This document shows, piece by piece, positions 1 to 8,558 of a stretch of 46,364 nt of DNA. The stretch is from Candidatus Asgardarchaeum abyssi (GTDB lineage Archaea > Asgardarchaeota > Asgardarchaeia > Asgardarchaeales > Asgardarchaeaceae). The position numbers were made by a program, and so were the translations under genes. The notes beneath the pieces are model-generated. The model was not told where the DNA came from, did no database searches, and saw only the letters and a program-made list of their open reading frames with translations. How positions within the stretch are numbered: position 1 is the stretch's first letter; each line of letters starts with the position of its first letter. The stretch is from assembly GCA_040225955.1 (NCBI GenBank), contig JBECUL010000013.1, positions 1 through 46,364 on the forward strand, written 5' to 3'.

Positions 1-181
1 GCGTATTCACGGATTGGATAGGTATGGTATGCTATTTGTGGGTTAGAGATAATTCTTTATGGTGTTTGTTTTTGCGGGTCGTGTATAGTACCACGTATAG
101 TACGTTGTGACCTTTAGAAGCGCACTAAAACGTTGTTATACGAAGACATAAAGTATTAGTTGCGCCCAATTAGAAAGTTAC
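1..181 (+). mobile_element. 3' end of an IS element (last transposase codons plus terminal region), truncated by window edge
   Basis: 1-181 is the reverse complement of 45646-45826 with one mismatch (108 vs 45719). Identity stops abruptly at ...CCCAATTAGAAAGTTAC (181). 1-21 encodes AYSRIG*, the end of the transposase frame seen at the right edge. Confidence 0.85.
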
Positions 182-198
182 TTCTTGATAAAGTGAGA

Positions 199-996
199 TC
201 ATTCTTTAATAATTTTAATCATTTGAGATATAATTTCCTTTAGTTTTGTAATTTTTATACCATCTACCATAAGACGCTTTTCTCCAGTTATTCCATCTAC
301 GGCTCCTGCGTCTATAGCCGCTATTAACATTTTTTCCTCCAATTCTGGGGTTAGCGGGAAATCTATTTTGAATTTTAATGAAAGAAGAGCGGATAGAGCG
401 TATGCTCCAAGGTTGGATGTGGATGCAGAAAGAAGAGAGTCTGTTTTAACATCAGCAACTATTCCTTCTCCACATGGACATCTACATTTCTTAGCAAAGG
501 GTATTGCATTATTTCTTATTATTAAATCCCTTATTACACCAAATCCAATCTCGTTTCCGCCATCTCCGATTCCAATAGTGGGAATATTCTTCATTTTAAA
601 GAATTCAAAAATAGGAGCAAAGTGTCCCACTATGTTTGTTATATTAAATCCAGACATATTATGATATACACCTACTCTATTTGGAGATGGTGTTTCAACA
701 GATATAGCTAATCTAATCTCATGTACGTTTCTCATTATCTCTTGAATAACTCTATTATTCCAGTTTTTTGGAGCGGATACAACGTATATAAATGCAACAT
801 CAACTTTAGCAACATTTATTAGTTTCTCTATTACTGGCTGAGTTAAGATATCAGTTATTATTTCTATAGAAAAACCGAGTTTTGTTAGAACTTTAGAAAG
901 AACTATTACACCTAAAGGTCCATCCGTTTCGGGTGCTACTAACTTAAGAATGGGAAACCCGGTAGTGAGAATAACAGTTCCATATGATTTCTCCAA
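199..996 (-). CDS. D-glutamate cyclase-like protein (DUF4392 family); true start probably further upstream (~1155)
   Basis: Motifs TGFP...ETDGPLG, GIGDGGNEIG, SNLG, GAVDG. The frame stays open upstream to about 1179. Confidence 0.8.
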   Translation of the reverse strand: MEKSYGTVILTTGFPILKLVAPETDGPLGVIVLSKVLTKLGFSIEIITDILTQPVIEKLINVAKVDVAFIYVVSAPKNWNNRVIQEIMRNVHEIRLAISVETPSPNRVGVYHNMSGFNITNIVGHFAPIFEFFKMKNIPTIGIGDGGNEIGFGVIRDLIIRNNAIPFAKKCRCPCGEGIVADVKTDSLLSASTSNLGAYALSALLSLKFKIDFPLTPELEEKMLIAAIDAGAVDGITGEKRLMVDGIKITKLKEIISQMIKIIKE

Positions 997-1227
997 ACTT
1001 TTAATTAAAAAGTTTAAGTTTTCCTTTAATGGATTATCCCCATAATAACTCTCTACTAATTTATGTAGTTTCTCATTTTGTCTACCAGAAAAATTCTGAG
1101 TTATTAAGTTCCATAATAACTCCGTTTTATCATATAAAGTAATCTTATTACTGATTTTAAAGCCCCCTAAAGTATTTGATTAAAACAAATAAAAAATAGA
1201 AGAAAATATTATTATTTAAGTCTTTAT

Positions 1228-1500
1228 TTATCTTCTTCCTAGAATCTCTTCCTGAGCCAACTCAACTGTAAACTTTATAATGCTAGCAGAGTATCCAAAA
1301 GCACCTATGATTGCTCCAATTAAGGCAACGATCCCTCCACCAGCTAAAGACGCCATTGCTGCGGCTTGATCAGCAACATTTAGTCCTGCTAATGCGATTC
1401 CTGCTCCAACAATAGCGATAACTCCACCGATAATGATCCAAATTACACCAAATATTGCTGCTTTAATAGCTGTCTTAAAACATTGACCCCATGTTGGCAT
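1228..1500 (-). CDS. small membrane protein, 2 Gly/Ala-rich TM helices
   Basis: ATG preceded by GGTGA-type RBS; two long hydrophobic segments and a charged C-terminal tail. Confidence 0.75.
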   Translation of the reverse strand: MPTWGQCFKTAIKAAIFGVIWIIIGGVIAIVGAGIALAGLNVADQAAAMASLAGGGIVALIGAIIGAFGYSASIIKFTVELAQEEILGRR

Positions 1501-1876
1501 ACTCTATCACCCTACATGTTAACCATATTGTTGTTATTATTATGAAGGCTATATAAACTAATCGTAAAAAAACTCCTATTTTTTTAGCAAAATATCTAAT
1601 TTAATTTATTTTATATGAAAGCAAAACATCAAGATAACTATTGATATAGAAATACCAAGATCTATCAAGTTTTGAATACACATATATTTTATTTCTGCTT
1701 GGATAAAAATAAAACATTTTACGTACAATTAAGAGAAATAATGATGGTCAGAGCAGATCAATAGCATCATAAATCAGTGTCGTCGCCAATCATCATCCCA
1801 GTATACCATATTTAAATTTAAGGTTATTAATTTTTTGAAAGGGAAATGATATTAAACATAGCAATAATCACGCTTT

Positions 1877-1892
1877 CCGAAACAGTTAAATA
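1877..1892 (+). promoter_or_regulatory. archaeal BRE + TATA box (CCGAAACAG-TTAAATA) for the downstream GC-rich RNA candidate
   Basis: Purine-rich BRE directly before TTAAATA; G1916, where the GC-rich segment starts, lies 24 nt after the TATA box. Confidence 0.55.
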
Positions 1893-1915
1893 TTTTGTGA
1901 ATATTTGTGAGTATT

Positions 1916-2177
1916 GAGGCAGCGTCCGAATGTGGTGGGAGTAAAGCACCGAAAGGACATTGCGGTGTGAAAGGACGCTGTGATGTGGGGCTTGCGGGGT
2001 TACCCTGAACGGGGTCAAGACCAATGACTTGCTCCTCATGAACCCAGAGGGAGCTGAGGCTGATGAGGCCCAAGGTGGATGTTCGCTCATCAATGCGGAC
2101 ATCCGCTGAACCCCTAACCAGACGAATATGATGAATTTATGAGGTTCTTAGAGATTTATCAGAAAGGAGTCCCTCAC
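1916..2177 (+). ncRNA. unclassified structured non-coding RNA candidate with box C/D (K-turn)-like motifs
   Basis: 102/180 G+C at 1921-2100 in an AT-rich intergenic region. Helices 1919-1927/1973-1981, 2031-2037/2047-2054 and 2074-2086/2095-2107 (G-U pairs on + strand). Several UGAUGA and CUGA motifs. The 3' end is uncertain. Confidence 0.6.
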
Positions 2178-2368
2178 ATGATGAGAAGTAACGAGAAACA
2201 GTTATTTTATATAACTGTCTCGAAGTGGTGAAAATAAATTTCTGATATCAATATATCTTCTTTGTTACTATTACATGTAGGAGAACCTGATTAAGTATAA
2301 TTTAATTGTTTTTAATTTCAAGCTATTATTAAACATAATTAATTGTATTGAGAATTTAAAAAGAAGAT

Positions 2369-2382
2369 TTAGGTTTATCTAA
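2369..2382. promoter_or_regulatory. candidate DtxR/MntR-type operator TTAGGTTTATCTAA next to the amidohydrolase TATA box
   Basis: Imperfect palindrome ATTTAGGTTTATCTAAAT (2367-2384); 12/14 identical to TTAGGTGAATCTAA at 35948-35961 in front of the DtxR-family gene. Confidence 0.35.
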
Positions 2383-2426
2383 ATGTTTTTATAAAATATA
2401 TTCAACAAACATTAAGGTGATCTCCT

Positions 2427-3797
2427 ATGAGTGTTGATTTAGTTATAAAGGACGGAACTATAGTTACAGAGAGTACAATATTTAAGGGGTCCATAGTAAT
2501 TGAATATGGAAAAATAGTTGGTATTGTTAGCTCTGCGCATGTTCCTAGTGCAGATAAAATCATAAATGCTGAAGGGAAGTTGATATTACCTGGAGCTATC
2601 GATGTACACGCTCATATACATGACATTAATTATACTTACAGAGAAGATTTTTATTCAGGTTCCGTTGCCGCAGCTGCGGGAGGAATGACTGCATTTATTA
2701 ATATGCCACTTGTTACACATACTGTTAGAACTAATGAAGTTAAGAATATAATAGAAATAGGTGAGAAAAATAGCATAATTGATTTTGGTCAGCACGCTGG
2801 AAATATGACAGAAGAGGATATAGAATACCTTGATGAGTCTATTAAGCTAGGAGTTGGGGGATTTAAAGCTTTTACATGTCCACCATATCACATAAATCCT
2901 ATAGTAATGATAAAGATGATGTCAGCAATTGCTAAATTTAATGGCATACAATTAGTTCATTGCGAAGATTATGAAATAGTTACATACCTTGCAGAAAAAT
3001 TTCAAAGAGATGGAAAGAAAACAATTTTTGACTATTTTGAGTCAAGACCTGATATAGGCGAGGAAGAGGCAATTAGACGAGTTACTAAATGGGGAGAAAA
3101 AACAAAAGTCAACTTACAAGTGGTTCACGTTTCATCAAAATTAGGTGCTATGGCAATGAAGGATGCAAAGAAAAGAGGTGTCAATGTAACTGCTGAGACA
3201 TGCCCGCAATATTTGTTTTTCTCAAAGGAAGATGGTAAGAAATGGGGCCCTTATCTCAAGATGAATCCTACTATAAAGACCAAAGAGGATAATGTTGCGT
3301 TATGGAATGCGTTAAGTGACGGTACTATTGATATGGTAACTACTGACCATGCTCCGGGCACAAAAGAAGAAAAAGAAATTGGTTATGAAGATATATGGAA
3401 AGCATGGGGAGGTATTCCTGGTGTTGAGGACGTCTTTCCAATGCTTCTATACGAAACTATCAAAAACAAAAAGCTTACACTAACTAGGCTGGTTCAAATA
3501 ACTAGCGCCAACCCAGCTAAGAGATTTAACTGGTATCCTCAGAAAGGAGCAATTGCGATAGGATCAGATGCTGATCTAGTAATAGTTGATCCGAAAATAA
3601 CCGATGTGATATCTGCCGATAAAAGTCACTATAAATGTGGATGGAATGTTTATGAAGGCAAGAATATAATCCCAATCGAAATTACAATATCACGTGGAGA
3701 AATTATAGCTGAAAAGGGCGAAGTGTATGGCAAGAGAGGTAGAGGTAGATTCTTACCTACTGTCCCAAAACGAAAGGCTATGGTTTCAATGATGTAG
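2427..3797 (+). CDS. cyclic amidohydrolase (allantoinase/dihydroorotase/dihydropyrimidinase family)
   Basis: LPGAIDVHAH metal motif, AAAGG, GFKAF (carbamylated Lys), VHCED, ETCPQYL, TDHAP, GSDADLV; AGGTGA RBS. Confidence 0.9.
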   Translation: MSVDLVIKDGTIVTESTIFKGSIVIEYGKIVGIVSSAHVPSADKIINAEGKLILPGAIDVHAHIHDINYTYREDFYSGSVAAAAGGMTAFINMPLVTHTVRTNEVKNIIEIGEKNSIIDFGQHAGNMTEEDIEYLDESIKLGVGGFKAFTCPPYHINPIVMIKMMSAIAKFNGIQLVHCEDYEIVTYLAEKFQRDGKKTIFDYFESRPDIGEEEAIRRVTKWGEKTKVNLQVVHVSSKLGAMAMKDAKKRGVNVTAETCPQYLFFSKEDGKKWGPYLKMNPTIKTKEDNVALWNALSDGTIDMVTTDHAPGTKEEKEIGYEDIWKAWGGIPGVEDVFPMLLYETIKNKKLTLTRLVQITSANPAKRFNWYPQKGAIAIGSDADLVIVDPKITDVISADKSHYKCGWNVYEGKNIIPIEITISRGEIIAEKGEVYGKRGRGRFLPTVPKRKAMVSMM

Positions 3798-4563
3798 GAA
3801 TTGTCATTATGCGTGTATAATATTCAGTAAAACGTATGAAATATCCTTTTTTTATTATCTTAAGAATCATACCAGCAAGTATATCAATGGGTAAGATAAA
3901 TGCCTTTCCAAAGGATGAAACGGCCGAGTCTGCTAGTTGAATTAATGACATATCCGTTTTTATGATTTTTATTCCGAGAACCATTTTTCCTATACTCTGC
4001 CCACGATAACCCTCTAAAAGTGTCCAGTAAATCCACAAGATACTTTTGTAATAAACTCCTACAATCTGTTCTGGTGTAGTTAACGCAAAAATGTTAAATG
4101 AGAAAATATATATTAACGGCTTGATTAGGATGGCGGGAAGAGAAATAGAAATGTATAGATATGGAAGAGAATAGTCATACATCGAAAGATCGATATCGCC
4201 TATAGCTACTATGTATATTATAAATATATCAATAAGCCAAGCAAGAAATCGCCTAAAGAAGTAACTTTTTGTATGCTCCCTTATTTCTTTTACACCTAAG
4301 TGTTCACGCACGGCTTTTATTGTAGATACCGCAAGCCAACCTTTCTTAGATAAACGGTATTTTCCCTCTTTAGTTTTTTCTATTAAATCACCAAGCTTCT
4401 TAAAATGAAAATTTAACTTACCAGTATCTATTTTTAGAAATTCTAAGAGTTGAGTGTAGGTTAGTGTTTCATTTTCATAAAGAAAAGTAATTATTTTTAA
4501 CCGAATGGGATGTGTTAATGCTTCAAAAAACGAATAGAGGTCAGCTTCATCATTTCCCATCAA
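3778..4563 (-). CDS. ArsR-type winged-helix domain fused to an RDD membrane domain
   Basis: N-terminal FEALTHPIRLKII...TGKLNFH...YRLSKKG; then RRFLAWLID...EGYRGQSIGKMVLGIKI RDD signature with TM helices. Confidence 0.8.
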   Translation of the reverse strand: MMGNDEADLYSFFEALTHPIRLKIITFLYENETLTYTQLLEFLKIDTGKLNFHFKKLGDLIEKTKEGKYRLSKKGWLAVSTIKAVREHLGVKEIREHTKSYFFRRFLAWLIDIFIIYIVAIGDIDLSMYDYSLPYLYISISLPAILIKPLIYIFSFNIFALTTPEQIVGVYYKSILWIYWTLLEGYRGQSIGKMVLGIKIIKTDMSLIQLADSAVSSFGKAFILPIDILAGMILKIIKKGYFIRFTEYYTRIMTIPTSLKP

Positions 4564-4667
4564 TGATTCCTCTGTATTTTGAGATATAAAATATTTATAC
4601 GCGTTTAGATATATTAATTTACTTTAATAAATTATCAGAATAAAAAGGAAAAAATAAAAAATGTAAA

Positions 4668-7592
4668 CTAGCTGAAGTGAGAAACTATTTGCCTTTTTCG
4701 TCTTTGGTTGACCACAACTATGACGGTAACTATTACTAGGATTATCCCTGCAATGATTACTATTCGCCCTACTGGAAAGATCTCTGCAGCTTCTTCTAAA
4801 GCTACTGAGAATGAAGCGCTATATGTCACCACTTGATTTTCTTCATCTGTCTGGAAGCCCTTGAGAATATCATTTACTGTAATGGATGATGAATCATAAT
4901 TGATAGATAAGCTACCAGTTTCTCCTTCTCCTGATCCTGATGGCATTTCTGACGCGTAAATTGGATGTAATGATGTATAGCGAATAATTAATGGGTAGCC
5001 TACCACAGAACCTGCAGCTTTAACTCTCATGGTATATGTTATTGTTAGTGTTTCATTTGGTTCTAAGTAAATACCTACATTTGGCTTGGCCACATTAGAA
5101 CGTATAATAACTGCTGTTATATGACAATCACGTACCGTTCTGTCAAAGGCAACGCCTACTTTAACATAATCGGTTATATCCTCACCATTACGATAGACCT
5201 TTAGGGTGTCTGGTAAGACTTCAAATGCCGTGCTATTAATGGTGTCTACTATTATTATTCTTGTATCTTCGTCTCCTACATTTGTAATATTTATTGTTAC
5301 AGCTATAGTCTCACCTACACTTGCAGAATATTTGTCAAACACTTTTTGCACTTCTAACTCTGGTGTTGGGAATGGATAATCAGGCTTTGGTTTCTCCGCA
5401 AACTTTGGAAGAACTATTGCAAATATCATGTTACTAAATACAGTAATTGTTCGGCCATCATCATCAGTATAGGTTATATTTGCATATACTGGGTGTACAC
5501 CTATTCTTGTTCTGGCAGTTACATTTATACTTGTAGTTATTTTTTCTCCTTCTTCGATATCACCAATGCTCACAGTCTTTATGATGGATATATCATGGAA
5601 TGTCCAATTATAATCTGCAATAGCATGATAGAATGTCACTTCAACATCTTCAGCTGTAGCATTACCGATGTTATCAATACTCAGTGAAATTTCAACTTGC
5701 TGATCAATTAATACTGTTAAATCACTAATATTAGCTATTCCAACTAGAACTGGTTGATCATCATTTACTTGTGTAGCAAGACCATTAGCAAATGTCCAGA
5801 AGTTATGACCTATACTGTCTTTATATATTGTAAATGGTCCTATGGGGACTCTCCATAGCTCCTTGGTTATGTTTCCAGTAACCATTTCTCTGAAGTATTT
5901 CGTAGCATTAAGAATCGCTTCTTGTGTTATATTTCCTAACTCCGGGTCAACTGGGAAGTGAACTATGTCATAAGGTGGCTCATAAGGTGTGTGTACAGGT
6001 ACCGTTGGTGGGTAATCAATGTTCTGAGATGCATTATCAATAGGATCTAAGATTTGATTAAGACCTGGAAGTGTAATTGTTACATTAAACTCTACACTCT
6101 CATTCGGAGCCAACTCAGCAATTTTTCCAACATAAGCTACTAGGTTACGAGCTTCAGAACCTAAGAATGTTTCATTTAAGACCATGTTTGGAGATGATAT
6201 TGTTACGTTTAGCCATATCTCTTGCGATACATTCATAGAAATTCTTTGTTCTTCGAATCTAGAAATTATATCATCTACGTATCCATGGAATACAACTAGT
6301 GATACGTTATGCCCATTCCAATTACTGTATTGCTCTCCGAAGTATTTCATAAATATAGTTTTACCGTCAACCTCTGTCGTCATTAATGTATGAATAAGAA
6401 CAAATTTGAATAATCTAGTTATATTTACTGGTTTATCTCCAAAGAGGTTTGGATTATCTATAAGTCTCCGAGCTAAAGGTATTGCCGAAACTATATTATA
6501 TGCATAGCTTTCTCCCTTGTTTGTCACGTTTAACCTAAATGTAAGTTCTATTGTTTCATCGGGTTTAATTATCGGAAGCGGGGGATCTATCTCAAATCTA
6601 GTTTCCAATAATGGAAATGTGGGTTCCGCATAAAATGCAAGGTTATACTTGATTATAATATCATCAGCATTGTTATTTTCAACAGGACCCTTTGGCTTTA
6701 GTAGATAGAAGAACTCACCGTTCATATCTGGAAATAGGTTATCCGTTTCAGGACTGTAATATGTTACGTTTCCCACATATGGAATTAATATCCTGACGGA
6801 AGAGAAATGAGAATCTTCGCTAGCTGATATCGGTCCACTATGATTAAGAATACCATTAACAGATAGTACATATGTCCCATCATCTTCCACTTGGATAACA
6901 TCAGGTGCTAGATACGCAGCAGCTACTATTGTTGCCCATCCATCTGGCTGCTTAAACATGCCTACTAAGCTGATTGCCACTGGTGAACTCTTTAAGGCAT
7001 CTAAATTGACTAATGATACTAATCCATCACTAGGCAGAAACACAGACCAGTAATCAACAAAGTTGCTAAATGTATAATTTTCTAGCAATGAATATGGTAC
7101 ATAGTATACTATCCTAATCCTTGCTCCAACTTTAACGTATCCAAAGAGTGAAAAGCCAGCAACCCCTAACTCTGCTTCTACCATAGCTATGATTTCTTCT
7201 GAATGAGAAACTGCGACATCCTCTTCTAAGTTTTCAAATGTCATTCCTACGTAAAGCCCCTCTGGTACTGGCCATAATGGATGAGGCCAATGTCTGCGTC
7301 TCCATATACCTTGTCTTCCTGCAATTATAAATTCAGTAAGGCCGTCAAAAGCATCACTAGCAGTGTCTATGTGTGAAAATTGAAATTCAACCCCGGTGAA
7401 TACATGTTCCACTACGACAGAAATATTACGTCCCACTGTAATTCTTAGATGCTCAGTAAATGGATTTATCGGTGTAACTGTTGTTTCGTACAAGGATGTT
7501 GCTGTTACAATGGGTGCCGAAGAAATCATTGGTAGCATCAGTATAGTAAGAAGAAAGACTATAATTAATACCTTTAATTTTTTATATTTCAT
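4668..7592 (-). CDS. large secreted cell-surface/S-layer-like glycoprotein with CARDB/DUF11-type Ig-like domains and C-terminal TM anchor
   Basis: Signal peptide (MKYKKLK + hydrophobic stretch); repeated NxG...A.NV Ig-like motifs (VTNKGESYAYNI, IDNIGNATAEDV, ITNVGDED); many N-x-S/T sequons; C-terminal TM followed by RRKR. Confidence 0.75.
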   Translation of the reverse strand: MKYKKLKVLIIVFLLTILMLPMISSAPIVTATSLYETTVTPINPFTEHLRITVGRNISVVVEHVFTGVEFQFSHIDTASDAFDGLTEFIIAGRQGIWRRRHWPHPLWPVPEGLYVGMTFENLEEDVAVSHSEEIIAMVEAELGVAGFSLFGYVKVGARIRIVYYVPYSLLENYTFSNFVDYWSVFLPSDGLVSLVNLDALKSSPVAISLVGMFKQPDGWATIVAAAYLAPDVIQVEDDGTYVLSVNGILNHSGPISASEDSHFSSVRILIPYVGNVTYYSPETDNLFPDMNGEFFYLLKPKGPVENNNADDIIIKYNLAFYAEPTFPLLETRFEIDPPLPIIKPDETIELTFRLNVTNKGESYAYNIVSAIPLARRLIDNPNLFGDKPVNITRLFKFVLIHTLMTTEVDGKTIFMKYFGEQYSNWNGHNVSLVVFHGYVDDIISRFEEQRISMNVSQEIWLNVTISSPNMVLNETFLGSEARNLVAYVGKIAELAPNESVEFNVTITLPGLNQILDPIDNASQNIDYPPTVPVHTPYEPPYDIVHFPVDPELGNITQEAILNATKYFREMVTGNITKELWRVPIGPFTIYKDSIGHNFWTFANGLATQVNDDQPVLVGIANISDLTVLIDQQVEISLSIDNIGNATAEDVEVTFYHAIADYNWTFHDISIIKTVSIGDIEEGEKITTSINVTARTRIGVHPVYANITYTDDDGRTITVFSNMIFAIVLPKFAEKPKPDYPFPTPELEVQKVFDKYSASVGETIAVTINITNVGDEDTRIIIVDTINSTAFEVLPDTLKVYRNGEDITDYVKVGVAFDRTVRDCHITAVIIRSNVAKPNVGIYLEPNETLTITYTMRVKAAGSVVGYPLIIRYTSLHPIYASEMPSGSGEGETGSLSINYDSSSITVNDILKGFQTDEENQVVTYSASFSVALEEAAEIFPVGRIVIIAGIILVIVTVIVVVNQRRKRQIVSHFS

Positions 7593-7749
7593 ATTAACAC
7601 CAACTTATGTTTTTATAGAAATATTAAGTAAGCCTTATAATAAAAAGATTTTTGAAAAGTATAATTAATTATCTAAACAAATTTATTTTTCAATTGAAAA
7701 ATAAAAACAGAATACGATAGGTTAATAAATTCGTTAGGGAAAAATCAAA

Positions 7750-8538
7750 ATGAAAAAGCTAATGGACTTATCAAAGATGATTTTGAATATCTATATAATT
7801 CATGAGAGTGGGGTTTGTATCTTTAAGAGAGAATATAGTAAGGAAACAGAAGTGGATGAACAATTAATTAGTGGTTTCCTTATGGCTATAAGAACGTTCG
7901 CGCAGCAGACATTTCTTGATGGATTACAAAGAATACAGCTAGCCTCCAGAAGAACATTAATTTACGGTTATAATAGTGATTTTGGTATACTAGCTGCTGT
8001 TTTATCTGATAAGAGAGATAACCCTATATTAGTAGAAAGACTTGTAAATAAGATAATTGATATGTTTATAAGAAAATACAAAAACCATCTTAAACCATTA
8101 GATCCTAGAGTGGAGAGATACTCCGATTTTGCAAAGGACATAGATAATTTATTAATAAAGAAAATAAGAAGTAGGGATATCATTTCTTCAGTGGCATCAA
8201 TTACCGTAGCTATGTCGTTAAGCCTCATCATTACATATTTAATGATAACTATGATAAGCATAATATCTACTCCTCTTCAGTTATTTCTCCCTGTCGCCAT
8301 TGCTAGTTTAGTTGGTGGATATATAGGAGGAAATCTAAAAACTGGTGTTATATCTGGGTTATTGAGCACTATACCTATATTAATTCTCCTTTCAACAGCA
8401 TTGATCGGATTAACAACGATTACTCTAACATTAGAAGACTTTATCTTTGTCTCTCAAACTTTAATAGGTCCTGCGGTAATAATCGGTGCTGTTTCTGGTT
8501 ATATCATTGATTTAACAAAATTGTATCCTTTAGAATAA
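7750..8538 (+). CDS. longin-like domain protein with C-terminal multi-pass membrane region
   Basis: IYIIHESGVCIFKREY...DEQLISGFLMAIRTFA is typical of Asgard longin/sigma-adaptin-like domains; about 4 TM helices follow. Confidence 0.7.
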   Translation: MKKLMDLSKMILNIYIIHESGVCIFKREYSKETEVDEQLISGFLMAIRTFAQQTFLDGLQRIQLASRRTLIYGYNSDFGILAAVLSDKRDNPILVERLVNKIIDMFIRKYKNHLKPLDPRVERYSDFAKDIDNLLIKKIRSRDIISSVASITVAMSLSLIITYLMITMISIISTPLQLFLPVAIASLVGGYIGGNLKTGVISGLLSTIPILILLSTALIGLTTITLTLEDFIFVSQTLIGPAVIIGAVSGYIIDLTKLYPLE

Positions 8539-8558
8539 AATAATATAAAGGGGATGCT

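Noticed and set aside
83-103. Tandem GTATAGTAC repeats as a mini-CRISPR
   Set aside because: Only two 9-bp units inside the IS end; no repeat-spacer array or cas genes anywhere in the window.
2024-2058. SECIS-like AUGA...AA...UGA hairpin
   Set aside because: The stem is out of register by two U's and there is no upstream same-strand UGA-containing selenoprotein ORF.
1827-2102. Minus-strand ORFs of 91 aa and 73 aa
   Set aside because: Atypical composition, no RBS; they are by-products of the GC-rich RNA-like segment on the + strand.
1916-2177. Identification as RNase P RNA, SRP RNA or hammerhead ribozyme
   Set aside because: GAGGCAGCGUCCG only loosely resembles CR-I and has no P4 partner; no CAGG..GRAA..AGCA helix 8; CUGAUGA at 2060 is not followed by stem II plus GAAA.
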